Of a stretch of 64,000 nt of DNA, positions 28,414-39,149 are shown piece after piece (positions within the stretch are counted from its first letter, which is position 1; every line of letters begins with the position of its first letter). The stretch covers positions 2,554 to 66,553 of the forward strand of contig JAUYKQ010000010.1 in NCBI GenBank assembly GCA_030699905.1, written 5' to 3'. The notes under the pieces are model-generated. The model saw only the letters and a list, made by a program, of their open reading frames with translations. It did no database searches and was not told where the DNA came from. This stretch comes from a bacterium (GTDB lineage: Bacteria; Patescibacteriota; Minisyncoccia; Phycocordibacterales; GCA-002787175). Position numbers and translations under genes: made by a program.

Positions 28414-30246
28414 ATGGAGGACTCCAACAAAATCACATACTTGGCCCAAACCGATTCCAGAAATCGTAAAGTGCCTTTCGGCATAAAAGCTCGCGACCGT
28501 TCGAGACATGTTTACGTTATCGGCAAAACAGGAATGGGAAAGTCCACTCTTCTTGAAAACATGGCCGTCCAGGATATGAGAGAAGGCAACGGCATGGCCT
28601 TCATAGACCCGCACGGCAAAACGGCCGAGCTTTTGCTTGATTACGTTCCGGAACACAGAATAAAAGACGTTTTGTATTTCGCCCCTTTTGACATGGAGTA
28701 TCCTATATCTTTCAATATTCTGGAAGACGTTGGCCCGGACAGACGCCACTTGGTGGCCAACGGTCTTATGAGTACTTTTGAAAAAATTTGGGTGGACGCT
28801 TGGAGCGCCCGCATGTCATATATTTTAAACAACACCATTCTCGCCCTTTTGGAATTTCCGGATGCCACGCTCCTCGGCGTAAACCGCATGTTTGCCGACA
28901 AAGAGTACAGAAAAAGAGTGGTGGACAATATAACAGACCCGTCCATCAGATCATTCTGGGTGGACGAATACGCCAAGTACACTGACCGTTACACTCAAGA
29001 GGCCACTCCGGCAATACAAAACAAAGTCGGCCAGTTTACCTCAAACCCGCTTATACGAAACATCATAGGCCAGCCACGGTCATCTTTTGACTTGCGTAAA
29101 ATAATGGACGAAAAGAAAATCGTAATCGTCAATCTCTCAAAAGGGCTCGTGGGAGAGGGGAACGCGAACTTGCTTGGCTCCATGCTTATAACCAAAATGT
29201 ACCTATCGGCCATGAGTCGCGCCGACACCCATGAAGTTGAGTCGCGCCTTCCGAATTTCTACCTTTACGTTGATGAATTTCAGTCCTTTGCCAACAAATC
29301 GTTCGCCGACATTTTAAGCGAAGCCAGAAAGTATAAACTGAATCTGACCATCGCTCATCAATATATAGAGCAAATGGAGGAAGAAGTTCGAGCCGCCGTA
29401 TTCGGCAATGTCGGCACCACGGTCGCTTTTCGTGTAGGAGCTTTTGATGCCGAGGTTTTGGAAAAAGAGTTCGCCCCGCAGTTTACGGCGGAGGATTTGG
29501 TAAATCTCGGGTTTGTCCAAATTTATTTAAAGCTCATGATAGACGGTATTTCGTCTCCGCCTTTTTCGGCGACTACTTTGCCTCCCATTGAAAAACCCCT
29601 TGTCTCTTATAAAGACCGAGTCATCGCCTCTTCGCGGGAAGTTTTCGGCCAGCCCCGTTTCAAAGTGGAGGAAAACATATGGGCTTGGCATTCTGAATTT
29701 AAATACGAAAACAATCGTTCGGATCCCAGAGATAATCGTTCGGATCTAAGAGAGAAACCGAAAAACACCAAGCCGGATATCGGCAACAGGCCGAACGTTC
29801 ACATGGAAAGGCAGAATGCTCCATATCGTGGCAACTCTTCGGAAGACAGGAGAAACCCGACAAAAAACAGAAACGAAATACCCATAAACAAAACGAATGT
29901 TTTTACAGGAAACGGAAACGCTGTTTCCGGTGGCCCCAAAAGTCCCTCTTTGCATCTTTCTAATCTTCAAGCGCCAAGAAAAGTTGACGTTGAGCAGAAA
30001 AAAGCGCCGACCGGACAGCACCTTTCTGAACTTAGAGCCGCTTTAGCGTCAGTTCTTGAATCGGAAAACAACAAAAATAACACTGCCGGCGCTCTGAAAG
30101 AGAGCCAATTTAAGAGGCCGGAACCCAGACCGGTAAATCCGCAAAGGCCTGAAGAAAAAAAAGAACCCAAAGCTCCGTCCTCCTTGGCAGGGCAGGAGGT
30201 GCCGGAAAATATTTTGAGGGAAACTTTGCGGGTGGAAGGGGAGTGA
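28414..30246 (+). CDS. TraD/VirD4/HerA-like ATPase
   Basis: GKTGMGKST, IDPHG, LYVDEFQ, SEARKY. Confidence 0.9.
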   Translation: MEDSNKITYLAQTDSRNRKVPFGIKARDRSRHVYVIGKTGMGKSTLLENMAVQDMREGNGMAFIDPHGKTAELLLDYVPEHRIKDVLYFAPFDMEYPISFNILEDVGPDRRHLVANGLMSTFEKIWVDAWSARMSYILNNTILALLEFPDATLLGVNRMFADKEYRKRVVDNITDPSIRSFWVDEYAKYTDRYTQEATPAIQNKVGQFTSNPLIRNIIGQPRSSFDLRKIMDEKKIVIVNLSKGLVGEGNANLLGSMLITKMYLSAMSRADTHEVESRLPNFYLYVDEFQSFANKSFADILSEARKYKLNLTIAHQYIEQMEEEVRAAVFGNVGTTVAFRVGAFDAEVLEKEFAPQFTAEDLVNLGFVQIYLKLMIDGISSPPFSATTLPPIEKPLVSYKDRVIASSREVFGQPRFKVEENIWAWHSEFKYENNRSDPRDNRSDLREKPKNTKPDIGNRPNVHMERQNAPYRGNSSEDRRNPTKNRNEIPINKTNVFTGNGNAVSGGPKSPSLHLSNLQAPRKVDVEQKKAPTGQHLSELRAALASVLESENNKNNTAGALKESQFKRPEPRPVNPQRPEEKKEPKAPSSLAGQEVPENILRETLRVEGE

Positions 30247-30278
30247 TTTTAACCGAACCGCGGACACGCGTCTGAGAA

Positions 30279-31844
30279 ATGTCATTAAATTTTAAAAAAG
30301 CGGTACTCTTTTTTTCGGTTTCATTTTTTTTGACTTTTCCGGCTTTTGCTGAAGTTGTTCAATTCAAATTTGTTTCCGAACCTCAAAACGTGCCAGCCGG
30401 AGAGGTTTCAAAACAAATAACCATTCAGGCGCAGAATTCCTCGGGTGACAGCGAGGGTATAAGCCAGACGGCCTGCGTTTACCTGTCCACGTCGTCACTT
30501 TCAGGGCAGTTTTCTTCCAGTCAGGCAGATTGGGTTTCTACCAATGTTCTTACCGTAAATAAAACATGGGCCAACCGAAATTTTTATTACAAGGACACAT
30601 CTTCCGGTTCCCATGAAATAAAGGCGGTCATAGCTTTTAGGCCGGAAAGCGAAAGCCGCTCTTGCGTCGGGTGGCCTGTGGAGGAATGGGGCGTAAATTA
30701 CCGGATATCGCAGACGATTCTCATCGGGGAAGTCACCGGGGAAGCGGGGGTTGAAAATTTCGTTTCAAGCGCGCCGGAGGGGACTGCTACCGAGAACGAA
30801 AAAAGCGGCGTTTTATCAACACCCTCTGTCTCTCGCGTCAGAGCTTTTATAGATGCGCCGGAAGTGGGAACAGCTCGAGGTTCGGTTTTCTTTGATGGTA
30901 AAGCGTTTGATGAAAAAAACGAGCTTTTAAAAACAGCCGATTACTATTGGAGTTTTGGAGACGGCGCGACCGCTATGGGGGAGAATGTTTCGCATATATA
31001 CCGAGAACCCGGCAAATATGCCGTTTCCTTAAGGGTTGAGAAGGATGGAGAAAGTTCTCTTGCCCGCGCCACTGTGAAAGTGGTAGCGGGGAACTTTCAT
31101 ATCTCTCAAATCAAAGAGGGTCCGAATGGATATATAGAGATAAGAAATGATAATACCCATGAACTGGACATGTCTTTGTGGAGGATTGAAAACGGTGGCA
31201 GATTTTTTTCTTTTCCACGAAATACCGTTATTCTTGGAAGTACCGCGGTTTCTTTTCCGGCTTCAGTTACGCAAATTGTCGCCAGTTCTTTTTCTTCAGC
31301 GCCTCGTCTTCTTTTTCCGGACGGCAAAGTGGCCGCCGAGTACTCGTTTGAAAGTAAAAAAGAGACAGAAGATGTTTTAAAGAACCAACCGACTGAAAAA
31401 GACAGCTCACCGGCAGTCACAAGCTCTGTTCAAGACGGCCAAGACGAAGATGCGTCTGTTGTTCCGGAGACCTTTTTCGCAGGGACGGAAGATAATCCGC
31501 CCAAGGAAGACGCTCGGAATGAAAAACTCGCGGTTAACGAGAACGACAGGGAAGAGGGATTAGTAGAGACAGACCGGAGCGAATCTGAAGAATTAAAGCA
31601 GGTGCATAACTTGGCCTCAGTTTCATCCGCGTACGGCGACGAAAGGAAAGATAGTCGCCTGCCGGCCAAATGGCTTTGGGGCGCGTTTCTATTTTCTGTC
31701 TTGGGAATTGTCGCCTCCGCTTCAGTCGGTCGTTTGGCCACTTTGTCGCAAAGAAGCACGATTTTGGAAGATGAAGAAAGCTTTCCGGTTTCGGACAACA
31801 AGCAATCGGATTTAAACGCGGATGACTTTACTGTTATAAGGTAA
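30279..31844 (+). CDS. Surface protein with PKD and lamin-tail-like domains
   Basis: Signal peptide, YYWSFGDG...HIYREPGKY, IEIRN...DMSLWRI, C-terminal TM. Confidence 0.8.
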   Translation: MSLNFKKAVLFFSVSFFLTFPAFAEVVQFKFVSEPQNVPAGEVSKQITIQAQNSSGDSEGISQTACVYLSTSSLSGQFSSSQADWVSTNVLTVNKTWANRNFYYKDTSSGSHEIKAVIAFRPESESRSCVGWPVEEWGVNYRISQTILIGEVTGEAGVENFVSSAPEGTATENEKSGVLSTPSVSRVRAFIDAPEVGTARGSVFFDGKAFDEKNELLKTADYYWSFGDGATAMGENVSHIYREPGKYAVSLRVEKDGESSLARATVKVVAGNFHISQIKEGPNGYIEIRNDNTHELDMSLWRIENGGRFFSFPRNTVILGSTAVSFPASVTQIVASSFSSAPRLLFPDGKVAAEYSFESKKETEDVLKNQPTEKDSSPAVTSSVQDGQDEDASVVPETFFAGTEDNPPKEDARNEKLAVNENDREEGLVETDRSESEELKQVHNLASVSSAYGDERKDSRLPAKWLWGAFLFSVLGIVASASVGRLATLSQRSTILEDEESFPVSDNKQSDLNADDFTVIR

Positions 31845-31880
31845 ATTGTCCGACACCTCTTCATCGTGTATATTGTTTGT

Positions 31881-32876
31881 ATGAAAATCGTCATTGCCAC
31901 AGGTATTTATCCTCCGCAAATCGGCGGTCCTGCCCAATATGCCAAAAATTTGGCCCTCGCATTTGAGTCGCTCGGGCACGCTGTTTCTGTCGTTCATTAC
32001 AAGTTTGAAAACCTGCTTCCTACCGGTCTGCGTCATGTTTTCTTCTTTTTGCGTGTTTTCGGCAGAATGCTAAAAGCTGATTTTGTCGTATCACTGGACT
32101 CTTTCAGTGTTGGTTTCCCGACTGCCGTGGCCACCGGAATTTTGGGGAAAAAACATGTCATGCGCACCGGCGGAGATTTTCTGTGGGAGTCGTATGTGGA
32201 GAGAACGGGAGACACTGTTCTTTTGAAAAATTTTTACGACACAAGATTGGCCAAACTGTCTTTTAAAGAAAAAGTCATTTTCTCTTTAACGAAGTGGACT
32301 CTGAAAAAGGCCGACAAGGTGGTTTTCAGCACCGACTGGCAGAGAAGCATCTGGGCTCGGCCTTATGAGATGAACTGGCAAAATACTGCCATTATTGAAA
32401 ACTACTATGGACCGAAAGAAAAGTCGGAAAAACCGACAGTAAAGACCTTTTTGGGGGCGACACGCAAACTAAAATGGAAAAACCACGCCCGACTCAAATC
32501 GGCTTTTGCCATGGCGAAAGTGAAGGAGCGAGATATAGAGCTTGATCTTGAAAACGAGCCATACGATAAATTTATTCAAAAAATGAAGAAATGTTATGCC
32601 GTGGTACTTTTGTCTTTGGGTGACATAAGTCCGAATATGATATTGGACTCTGTACGCTTTTCCAAACCCTTTATATTGACCAGAGAAAACGGTCTTTACG
32701 ACAGGTTGAAAGACGTCGGAATGTTCGCGGATCCTGAAGATGAAAACGATATCGCGGAAAAGATAAAAGACCTATGCCAGCCGGAGGTTTATGAAGAGTA
32801 CCGAAGAAGAGTGGAGGGTTTCACTTTCGTGCACACTTACGAAGATATCGCGAAAGAATTTTTATCACTGTCATGA
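31881..32876 (+). CDS. Glycosyltransferase family 4-like
   Basis: ATGIYPPQIGGPA. Confidence 0.85.
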   Translation: MKIVIATGIYPPQIGGPAQYAKNLALAFESLGHAVSVVHYKFENLLPTGLRHVFFFLRVFGRMLKADFVVSLDSFSVGFPTAVATGILGKKHVMRTGGDFLWESYVERTGDTVLLKNFYDTRLAKLSFKEKVIFSLTKWTLKKADKVVFSTDWQRSIWARPYEMNWQNTAIIENYYGPKEKSEKPTVKTFLGATRKLKWKNHARLKSAFAMAKVKERDIELDLENEPYDKFIQKMKKCYAVVLLSLGDISPNMILDSVRFSKPFILTRENGLYDRLKDVGMFADPEDENDIAEKIKDLCQPEVYEEYRRRVEGFTFVHTYEDIAKEFLSLS

Positions 32877-34054
32877 AGGTCTTATCCATAGGAACAGACA
32901 GAAAATTATTTGAAGAAGAAAGCGACGTCCTGTCGCGAACTTTGGAGTACGCGAAACTTTTTGACGAGCTTCATGTTATCGTCTTCACGACAAAAAAATT
33001 CAAGATTCGAAATTTGAGATTTAAGAACGGAGACAGGAAGATGGCGATATCGGATAATTGTTGGATTTATCCGACCTGTTCACGGAATCGCTGGTTTTAT
33101 GTTTTTGACGCAATTGCCCTCGGTGTTCAGATCCTAAGTCATAAATCTGAAATTACAAATCAGGAAAACGGCTTTGTTGTTTCCTGTCAAGACCCTTTTG
33201 AATGCGGTCTTGCCGGCGCGCGTATTGCAAAAAAAACCGGCGCTAAACTTCACGTACAGATTCATACCGACTTTTTGAGTCCTTATTTTAAAAAAGGAGG
33301 TTTTCTAAACATGGTTCGGCTATTTTTAGCCGGCCGTGTCTTGCCTAAAGCAGACGCCATACGGGTGGTATCAAAACGCATTGCCGATTCTTTGGTCTTT
33401 AAATATAAAAATATAAAGGTGTCAAAACTTTCAATTCTGCCCATGTTTTTGGATGAGGGAAAAATAAAAAACGCTCCCGTAACCGCGGATTTACATAAAA
33501 AATATCCAAAGTTCACTTTTATCGTTCTTGTGTTGTCTCGTTTTACAAAGGAGAAAAACATACTCTTGGCCATTGACGCTTTTTCCAGAGTCGTCCTAAA
33601 ACATCCGCGCGCCGGCCTTGTCATTGTCGGTTCCGGTCCACAGATGTCGTTCCTCAAGGCGCAAGTGGCGCGAAGCAATTTATCTCAAAACGTCGTGTTT
33701 GAAGGTTGGACTTCCGACCCATACTCCTACATCAAAAGTTCTGATTTGGTTTTGCAGACGTCTTGGTACGAAGGTTACGGTCTTGCTGTCGCGGAATCTC
33801 TTCTTTGCGGTATACCGGTTGTTTCCACTTCTGTCGGGGTGGCGACGGAACTTCTCATGGATAACGCGTATTCGTTTGTTTGCGAACCCGGGGACGCAAA
33901 ATGCCTTTCAGAAAAAATGACGGCTTTTATGGAAAAAAGAACTCTTTTCGGATTTGTGGTTGAAAATGCGCGGAGGAAATTGCAAGGCGGCCTTCCCACA
34001 AAAGAAGAGTACTTGAGAAAATACAAAAATTCGGTTTTTTCAGTATTTTCTTAA
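32873..34054 (+). CDS. Glycosyltransferase family 4
   Basis: RFTKEKN, SWYEGYGLAVAE. Confidence 0.9.
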   Translation: MKVLSIGTDRKLFEEESDVLSRTLEYAKLFDELHVIVFTTKKFKIRNLRFKNGDRKMAISDNCWIYPTCSRNRWFYVFDAIALGVQILSHKSEITNQENGFVVSCQDPFECGLAGARIAKKTGAKLHVQIHTDFLSPYFKKGGFLNMVRLFLAGRVLPKADAIRVVSKRIADSLVFKYKNIKVSKLSILPMFLDEGKIKNAPVTADLHKKYPKFTFIVLVLSRFTKEKNILLAIDAFSRVVLKHPRAGLVIVGSGPQMSFLKAQVARSNLSQNVVFEGWTSDPYSYIKSSDLVLQTSWYEGYGLAVAESLLCGIPVVSTSVGVATELLMDNAYSFVCEPGDAKCLSEKMTAFMEKRTLFGFVVENARRKLQGGLPTKEEYLRKYKNSVFSVFS

Positions 34055-34218
34055 GGGACTGTTGCCGAATAGGCTTTTGAGTTGATTTTTTCAAAATTCG
34101 TGCGAGGCGAAGTTTCAAATTTATGGCTTAATGCTCTAAAGTATTGGCCAAAAATTTGAAACAAGCCGTAGCCGAATTTTGGGGAAATCAGCCAAAATGG
34201 ATATTCGGCAACAGTCCC
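34055..34218. mobile_element. MITE-like element 1
   Basis: 17-bp perfect TIR gggactgttgccgaata, TTAA flanks, internal palindrome, no ORF. Confidence 0.75.
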
Positions 34219-34220
34219 CT

Positions 34221-34417
34221 TAAAGCATGTTTGAAAAACCTATCGCGATGCCGATTTTGCAAAATTTGAGGAAAAAATGGTGAAGATGAGGGAAGTGTAC
34301 CGAGGTGCTCTGACCGAAGATGAGTCATTTTTTACCGAATTTTGCGGAATCGGCGCGCGAAACAGTCCGCTTGCGGATTTCTTAAATATCTGTGGTAGGG
34401 TTTTCAAACATGTTCTA
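34221..34417. mobile_element. MITE-like element 2
   Basis: TIR catgtttgaaaa / ttttcaaacatg, TA-bounded. Confidence 0.7.
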
Positions 34418-34445
34418 AATTCAGATTTTGATATAAAATGTTTCA

Positions 34446-35402
34446 ATGTCCAAAAATCTTCTTATAGGATTTATAGGCCAGGGCTACATCGGCAGAAACT
34501 ATGCAGATGATTTTGAAAGGCGGGGATACTCCGTGACGAGGTACGCCTTGGAGCCAGAATATTCCGCCAATAAAGAAAAGATAAAAGAATGCGACATCGT
34601 ATTCATTGCCGTGCCTACACCGACTGTGCCCGCCGAAGCTTTACGCAAAGGCGCGGATGTGCCCGCCGACTTGTCCGCCAAAGCTTTAGCGTCGGAGGAA
34701 GCTTCCCGTGAAGGAGGGCGACTTTCCGTGAAATTTGACGATTCAATCTTGCGCGATGTAGTTCCTCTTGTCGGCAAAGGCAAGATAGCCGTTATAAAAT
34801 CCACCATTTTGCCGGGGACTACGATGTCAATTCAGCGTGAAAATCCTGATGTCATTGTTTTGAACTCCCCTGAATTTTTAAGCGAAGCGACAGCCGATAA
34901 AGACACAGGGATGCCTTTTATGAACATTGTCGGAATGCCGGAAGACAGCCCGAGTTTCCGTTCTGCGGCCGAGAGGGCGCATTCGGTATTGCCGAAAGCT
35001 CCTTTCTCGCTGACTTGCAAAAGTATTGAAGCGGAAATAATAAAATACGCTCATAACGGATCGGGTTATACGCAGATAATTTTCTTCAATGCAATGTATG
35101 ATATTGCGCGGAAACTTGGTGCTGACTGGGAGCCGATAGAAAAGGCGATCTTGAACGACCCTTTGGTCTGTGGCCGTTACGCGAAGCCCGTCCACAAAAG
35201 CGGTCGAGGAGCGGGAGGAAATTGTTTTATAAAAGATTTCGCCGCTTTGTCAAAGTTTTATGCGGAAAATACCTCTGACTCAAAAGGCGCGGCATTTTTC
35301 CAAGCAGCCGAGAGAAAAAATATTGAGCTTTTGCGTTCCACAGGCAAAGACACAGGACTTTTGAAAGGAGTTTATGGCGAAGATGTTTCAAATAATCCCT
35401 AA
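34446..35402 (+). CDS. UDP-glucose/GDP-mannose dehydrogenase family protein
   Basis: GQGYIG, IAVPTP, IKSTILPG, SPEFL, AEIIKY, GAGGNCFIKD. Confidence 0.88.
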   Translation: MSKNLLIGFIGQGYIGRNYADDFERRGYSVTRYALEPEYSANKEKIKECDIVFIAVPTPTVPAEALRKGADVPADLSAKALASEEASREGGRLSVKFDDSILRDVVPLVGKGKIAVIKSTILPGTTMSIQRENPDVIVLNSPEFLSEATADKDTGMPFMNIVGMPEDSPSFRSAAERAHSVLPKAPFSLTCKSIEAEIIKYAHNGSGYTQIIFFNAMYDIARKLGADWEPIEKAILNDPLVCGRYAKPVHKSGRGAGGNCFIKDFAALSKFYAENTSDSKGAAFFQAAERKNIELLRSTGKDTGLLKGVYGEDVSNNP

Positions 35403-35445
35403 AATGCAAACTTGTACTTTTGTATCCAAGATATATAATTAACCG

Positions 35446-35712
35446 ATGTCTAAATCCCTCCAAAACAAATCTTCTAAAACCGTTCAAGCGAAAGAATATA
35501 CAGGTGATGATGTCAAGCGGTTTATAAATATAATCCAGGAGGAAAACAGGGCTAATTTTAAGATGATGTGCGAGCGGTTTGATTGCATACAAAGGACTTT
35601 GGACATTCACACTAAAATGCTAATGGAGTCAATCGTCTGCATGACAAAAACATCGGGGCGATTCATCAATGTCATACGCGTATCCGTTATTGAAAAGAAA
35701 GTCGCGCAATGA
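35446..35712 (+). CDS. Small hypothetical protein
   Basis: 88-aa ORF overlapping next start (ATGA). Confidence 0.5.
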   Translation: MSKSLQNKSSKTVQAKEYTGDDVKRFINIIQEENRANFKMMCERFDCIQRTLDIHTKMLMESIVCMTKTSGRFINVIRVSVIEKKVAQ

Positions 35713-36746
35713 AACTTCTTATCGTTACGCAGAAAGTTGATAAAAAAGACCCGACACTCGGGTTTTTTCACAGTTGGATTGAAGAGTTTGCCAAACGTTG
35801 CGAGTCCGCAATTGTGATTTGCCTTGAAAAAGGCCAGTATAATCTGCCTCATAACGTGCAAGTTTTCTCTCTCGGCAAAGAACAAAAAGCTTCTCGTTTT
35901 AAAATACTTTTTACTTTTTACTTTTTACTTTTCAGCTTGCGTCATCGCTATGACGCCGTCTTTGTTCATATGAACGAGGAGTACGTTTTGCTGGCAGGCC
36001 TTTTTTGGAGATTGACGGGCAAGAAAATCTTTTTCTGGCGAAATCACCCGAGGGGTGGAATATTCACTCGTTTGTCCGTTTTTCTTTCGGACAGAGTATT
36101 TTACACTTCAAATCTGTCTTTTACCGCGGGCTTTAAAAATGCTTCCGTGATGCCCGCTGGCGTGGACACGTCCATTTTTAAGCCGTCTGAAAGTTTCCAA
36201 AGAAGAAAGCATTCTATATGCATGGTTGGTCGAGTGGCCAAGATAAAAGGTATTGACGTGGCCCTGCGCGCTTTGAAGTTTACAGCGGAAATTTATCCTG
36301 AAACGGTTTTGACTATCGTGGGCCCTACCGCTGTTGAGGATGAAAAATATCGCGCCGAACTCCAAAAATATATCCAAGAAAACAACCTTTCGGGAAACGT
36401 GGTTTTTAAAGGCGCTCTGCCACAGTCAGAACTTCCTGTAATTTACGGCGGTCATGAAATATACTTGAATCTTACTGACGACGGTTCTTTTGACAAAACA
36501 ATAGTGGAAGCGGCCGGTTGCGGTTCTTTCGTCGTTACCTCAAACTCTTTTTTGTTCGGCCATCTTCCAAAAGAATGCGCGACTGAAAAAGACCCTCAAA
36601 GCGTGGCGCGCTCTTTAACCGACGCGTTTAAACTCCAAAACAGAGAAAAAATAGCCGGAGAATTGGAGGTGTTCGCGAACAACCATTCTCTTTCAAAACT
36701 TATGGAAAAAGTTACCGCTGAGATGATTGCATTCGGCTTAAAATAA
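35709..36746 (+). CDS. Glycosyltransferase family 4
   Basis: GRVAKIKG, GSFDKTIVEA. Confidence 0.88.
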   Translation: MKLLIVTQKVDKKDPTLGFFHSWIEEFAKRCESAIVICLEKGQYNLPHNVQVFSLGKEQKASRFKILFTFYFLLFSLRHRYDAVFVHMNEEYVLLAGLFWRLTGKKIFFWRNHPRGGIFTRLSVFLSDRVFYTSNLSFTAGFKNASVMPAGVDTSIFKPSESFQRRKHSICMVGRVAKIKGIDVALRALKFTAEIYPETVLTIVGPTAVEDEKYRAELQKYIQENNLSGNVVFKGALPQSELPVIYGGHEIYLNLTDDGSFDKTIVEAAGCGSFVVTSNSFLFGHLPKECATEKDPQSVARSLTDAFKLQNREKIAGELEVFANNHSLSKLMEKVTAEMIAFGLK

Positions 36747-36767
36747 TATATATTAGAGGAAACCGAC

Positions 36768-37745
36768 ATGTTGTCTTTTTTTATAAAACAAACTCGTATA
36801 AAAATACGCCATATAAGCAACACTTTCCGTTCGCCAACCGGCAAGTCGCCCAAAATCATAATAACAGGTGGTCTGGGGTTTATCTTTTCTCATGTTACTG
36901 AATACTACGTTCAGAAGGGCTGGGACGTGGTTGTCATAGACAACCTCTCTGAAGGCAGTTGTCCGGAAATAATAGACGATTCTTTTACGCACTACCACTA
37001 TCACATGGCCGACCCAAGAGTGGTGAATCTCATACTTCGGGAGAACCCCGATTATGTAATCCACGCGTCTTCCGTTACCGATGTGGACTACTCAATCAGA
37101 GAACCGTACAGAACCGTCCGTAAAAATATTTTAAGCACCCTGCATGTTTTTGAGGCCTGTCGGATTCTGCCTAATCTTAAAAAACTGATTTACGTTTCCA
37201 CCGATGAGGTCTTTGGTGAGTGCGACCATAAAATGCGTGAAGATGAAATAATGCTCCCGAAAAATCCATACTCCTGCGCCAAAGCGGCCGGCTCTCTTGT
37301 CAGGGTCGCTTACGACAACACTTATCCGGCTTTGCGAGGCAAGACGGCGGAAACAAGATTTTGCAACGTGTTCGGCCCGAGGCAAGACAAGGCCAAGATA
37401 ATGTCGGCCATAAAGAAAAGTATAGAAGAAGGATATTCAATACCTCTTCATCAGGAAGGCAAGGGATACAGAGAATATATTTACGTCAAGAACATTCCGC
37501 CTGCCATTGACCTTATTCTTGAGAAGGGGCTCGGTGTTTACAATGTCACGCTAAATGACGGCTTCACTACAAAAAGTTTGATAGAAAAAGCCAGAGAGGT
37601 TACGGGCATGGAAATTAAAACTCATCCCTCTCACAGGCCGGGCATGGATCTTAAATATCAAATGGACGGTTCAAAGATACGAGAACTGGGGTGGGAACCG
37701 CTTTACACTTTTGAGGAGGGGTTGAAGGAATATCTTTTGGATTAG
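36768..37745 (+). CDS. NAD-dependent sugar dehydratase (RmlB-like)
   Basis: TGGLGFI, STDEVFG, YSCAK. Confidence 0.88.
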   Translation: MLSFFIKQTRIKIRHISNTFRSPTGKSPKIIITGGLGFIFSHVTEYYVQKGWDVVVIDNLSEGSCPEIIDDSFTHYHYHMADPRVVNLILRENPDYVIHASSVTDVDYSIREPYRTVRKNILSTLHVFEACRILPNLKKLIYVSTDEVFGECDHKMREDEIMLPKNPYSCAKAAGSLVRVAYDNTYPALRGKTAETRFCNVFGPRQDKAKIMSAIKKSIEEGYSIPLHQEGKGYREYIYVKNIPPAIDLILEKGLGVYNVTLNDGFTTKSLIEKAREVTGMEIKTHPSHRPGMDLKYQMDGSKIRELGWEPLYTFEEGLKEYLLD

Positions 37746-37837
37746 AAAAAAGATAAAAGGAAAGGAGGCCTTTGGGGCCTCCTTTTTGAAGAACGAAGTA
37801 TATCCGAAGCTTCGCTTCGGAGACAGGACGAAAGGTT

Positions 37838-38362
37838 TTACAGCCAGCCCCTGTAAACAGAATAGTAGCGAACCATTAGCTCGTACGGTCTGTTTAACCA
37901 TTTTCTCCTGGCCCACCATTGGCTGTTTTTCGGGTCGTAAATTTCTTCTATACCCGAAGGCACGAGAGGAATAAGTCCCACATTCCTTGCGGACTGAAAC
38001 GCTCTCCAGTAGTGAGGGTAGTATGAAACCATGACTACCCTCTTGACACCTAATTTGTCACAATGAGATTTTAGCCAAAGGGTTATATCCCATGTGTTGA
38101 GGTAATTCGGCGATGCTTCCGTCTGGCGTAAACTAACGGCAGTTAGCGGAACATTCGGCAGGTATGGTTTCAGCTCTCCTTGAATTATTACTGGCACTCT
38201 CAGTTGAGCATAGAGAGTTTCTACGACGCTTGCCAGAAATATGTTGACCATACTTGGCTTAGAATCGCTGTTTTCTGCGGCCGCATGCGACATGATCGCT
38301 CCGGCATCCTTGATGCTTGTTTCCGGCACTTGCCATGAGGTAGTACACTTCCAAATTTTCAT
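37838..38362 (-). CDS. YdcF/DUF218-like protein
   Basis: YLNTWD, VSYYPHYWRA. Confidence 0.55.
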   Translation of the reverse strand: MKIWKCTTSWQVPETSIKDAGAIMSHAAAENSDSKPSMVNIFLASVVETLYAQLRVPVIIQGELKPYLPNVPLTAVSLRQTEASPNYLNTWDITLWLKSHCDKLGVKRVVMVSYYPHYWRAFQSARNVGLIPLVPSGIEEIYDPKNSQWWARRKWLNRPYELMVRYYSVYRGWL

Positions 38363-39033
38363 TCCATCTCCTTTGCCAACCCCAGATTCTTATTTGTGTT
38401 CTCCACGGCTTTGATGAAGCCGTGGAGAAGGTTGACGTAATCGATGGCCAGTTTCTTTGCTTTGGGAAGGCGAAGTTTTGGCGGATACTCGATGATATTG
38501 TTTCTCAAATCGTCGAGTACACTTTTGGGCTCGTGATAAGTTGAGGCGGGATTTCGCTTTCCGTCCAAGTACTCGAATTCGAAAGCGGGAATATCGGACT
38601 GGAATTGCCCGGCTCGAATTATCACCGACGGCATGAGATTTGATAGACGATCGGCGTCCATCAATACTTGCTGGACGAGCGATTGGTCGTCTCGGTTCAG
38701 TTCGGCGTGTCTTAGCACTGCCTGAACAATTTCTTCCAGTTCTTGAGGGGTGAAGTATCCCTCGGGTAGGAATGCGAGGCGTTTTCTAACATGATACTCT
38801 TCCGCTCCCTTATCTCCCTTCGGAACAATTCTGTCGGTGGAGTGGAGCATGGAAGCAACCCACGCTTTGGTTCCCGTCCGTGCGTCCGGCGATATCATAA
38901 CCGCGATTTGGGCGACGGTGATATCGTGGTCAAGGCCGTGGCCTTGATGTTGTCTCGTTGAATTTTCATGGCCGGCTTTTACCGCTTCATAAAAGCGGGC
39001 AAACTTTTGCCGGAATACTTCAAAACTTCTCAT
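38359..39033 (-). CDS. HD-domain-like protein
   Basis: HGLDH, MLHSTD, H, LMDADRL. Confidence 0.65.
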   Translation of the reverse strand: MRSFEVFRQKFARFYEAVKAGHENSTRQHQGHGLDHDITVAQIAVMISPDARTGTKAWVASMLHSTDRIVPKGDKGAEEYHVRKRLAFLPEGYFTPQELEEIVQAVLRHAELNRDDQSLVQQVLMDADRLSNLMPSVIIRAGQFQSDIPAFEFEYLDGKRNPASTYHEPKSVLDDLRNNIIEYPPKLRLPKAKKLAIDYVNLLHGFIKAVENTNKNLGLAKEME

Positions 39034-39149
39034 TCGTTCCCTTTCTTTTTGGTTCTTGTTTTACCGTGTTCCACAAATATATTAGCATAACTATGTGCAA
39101 GTGTCAATGCATGTAATGTTTTGCGGATATGATAAAATTTACGCATTAT

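Noticed and set aside
28414-30246. Conjugative element
   Set aside because: Lone TraD/HerA-like ATPase typical of CPR chromosomes; no relaxase, T4SS genes or integrase nearby
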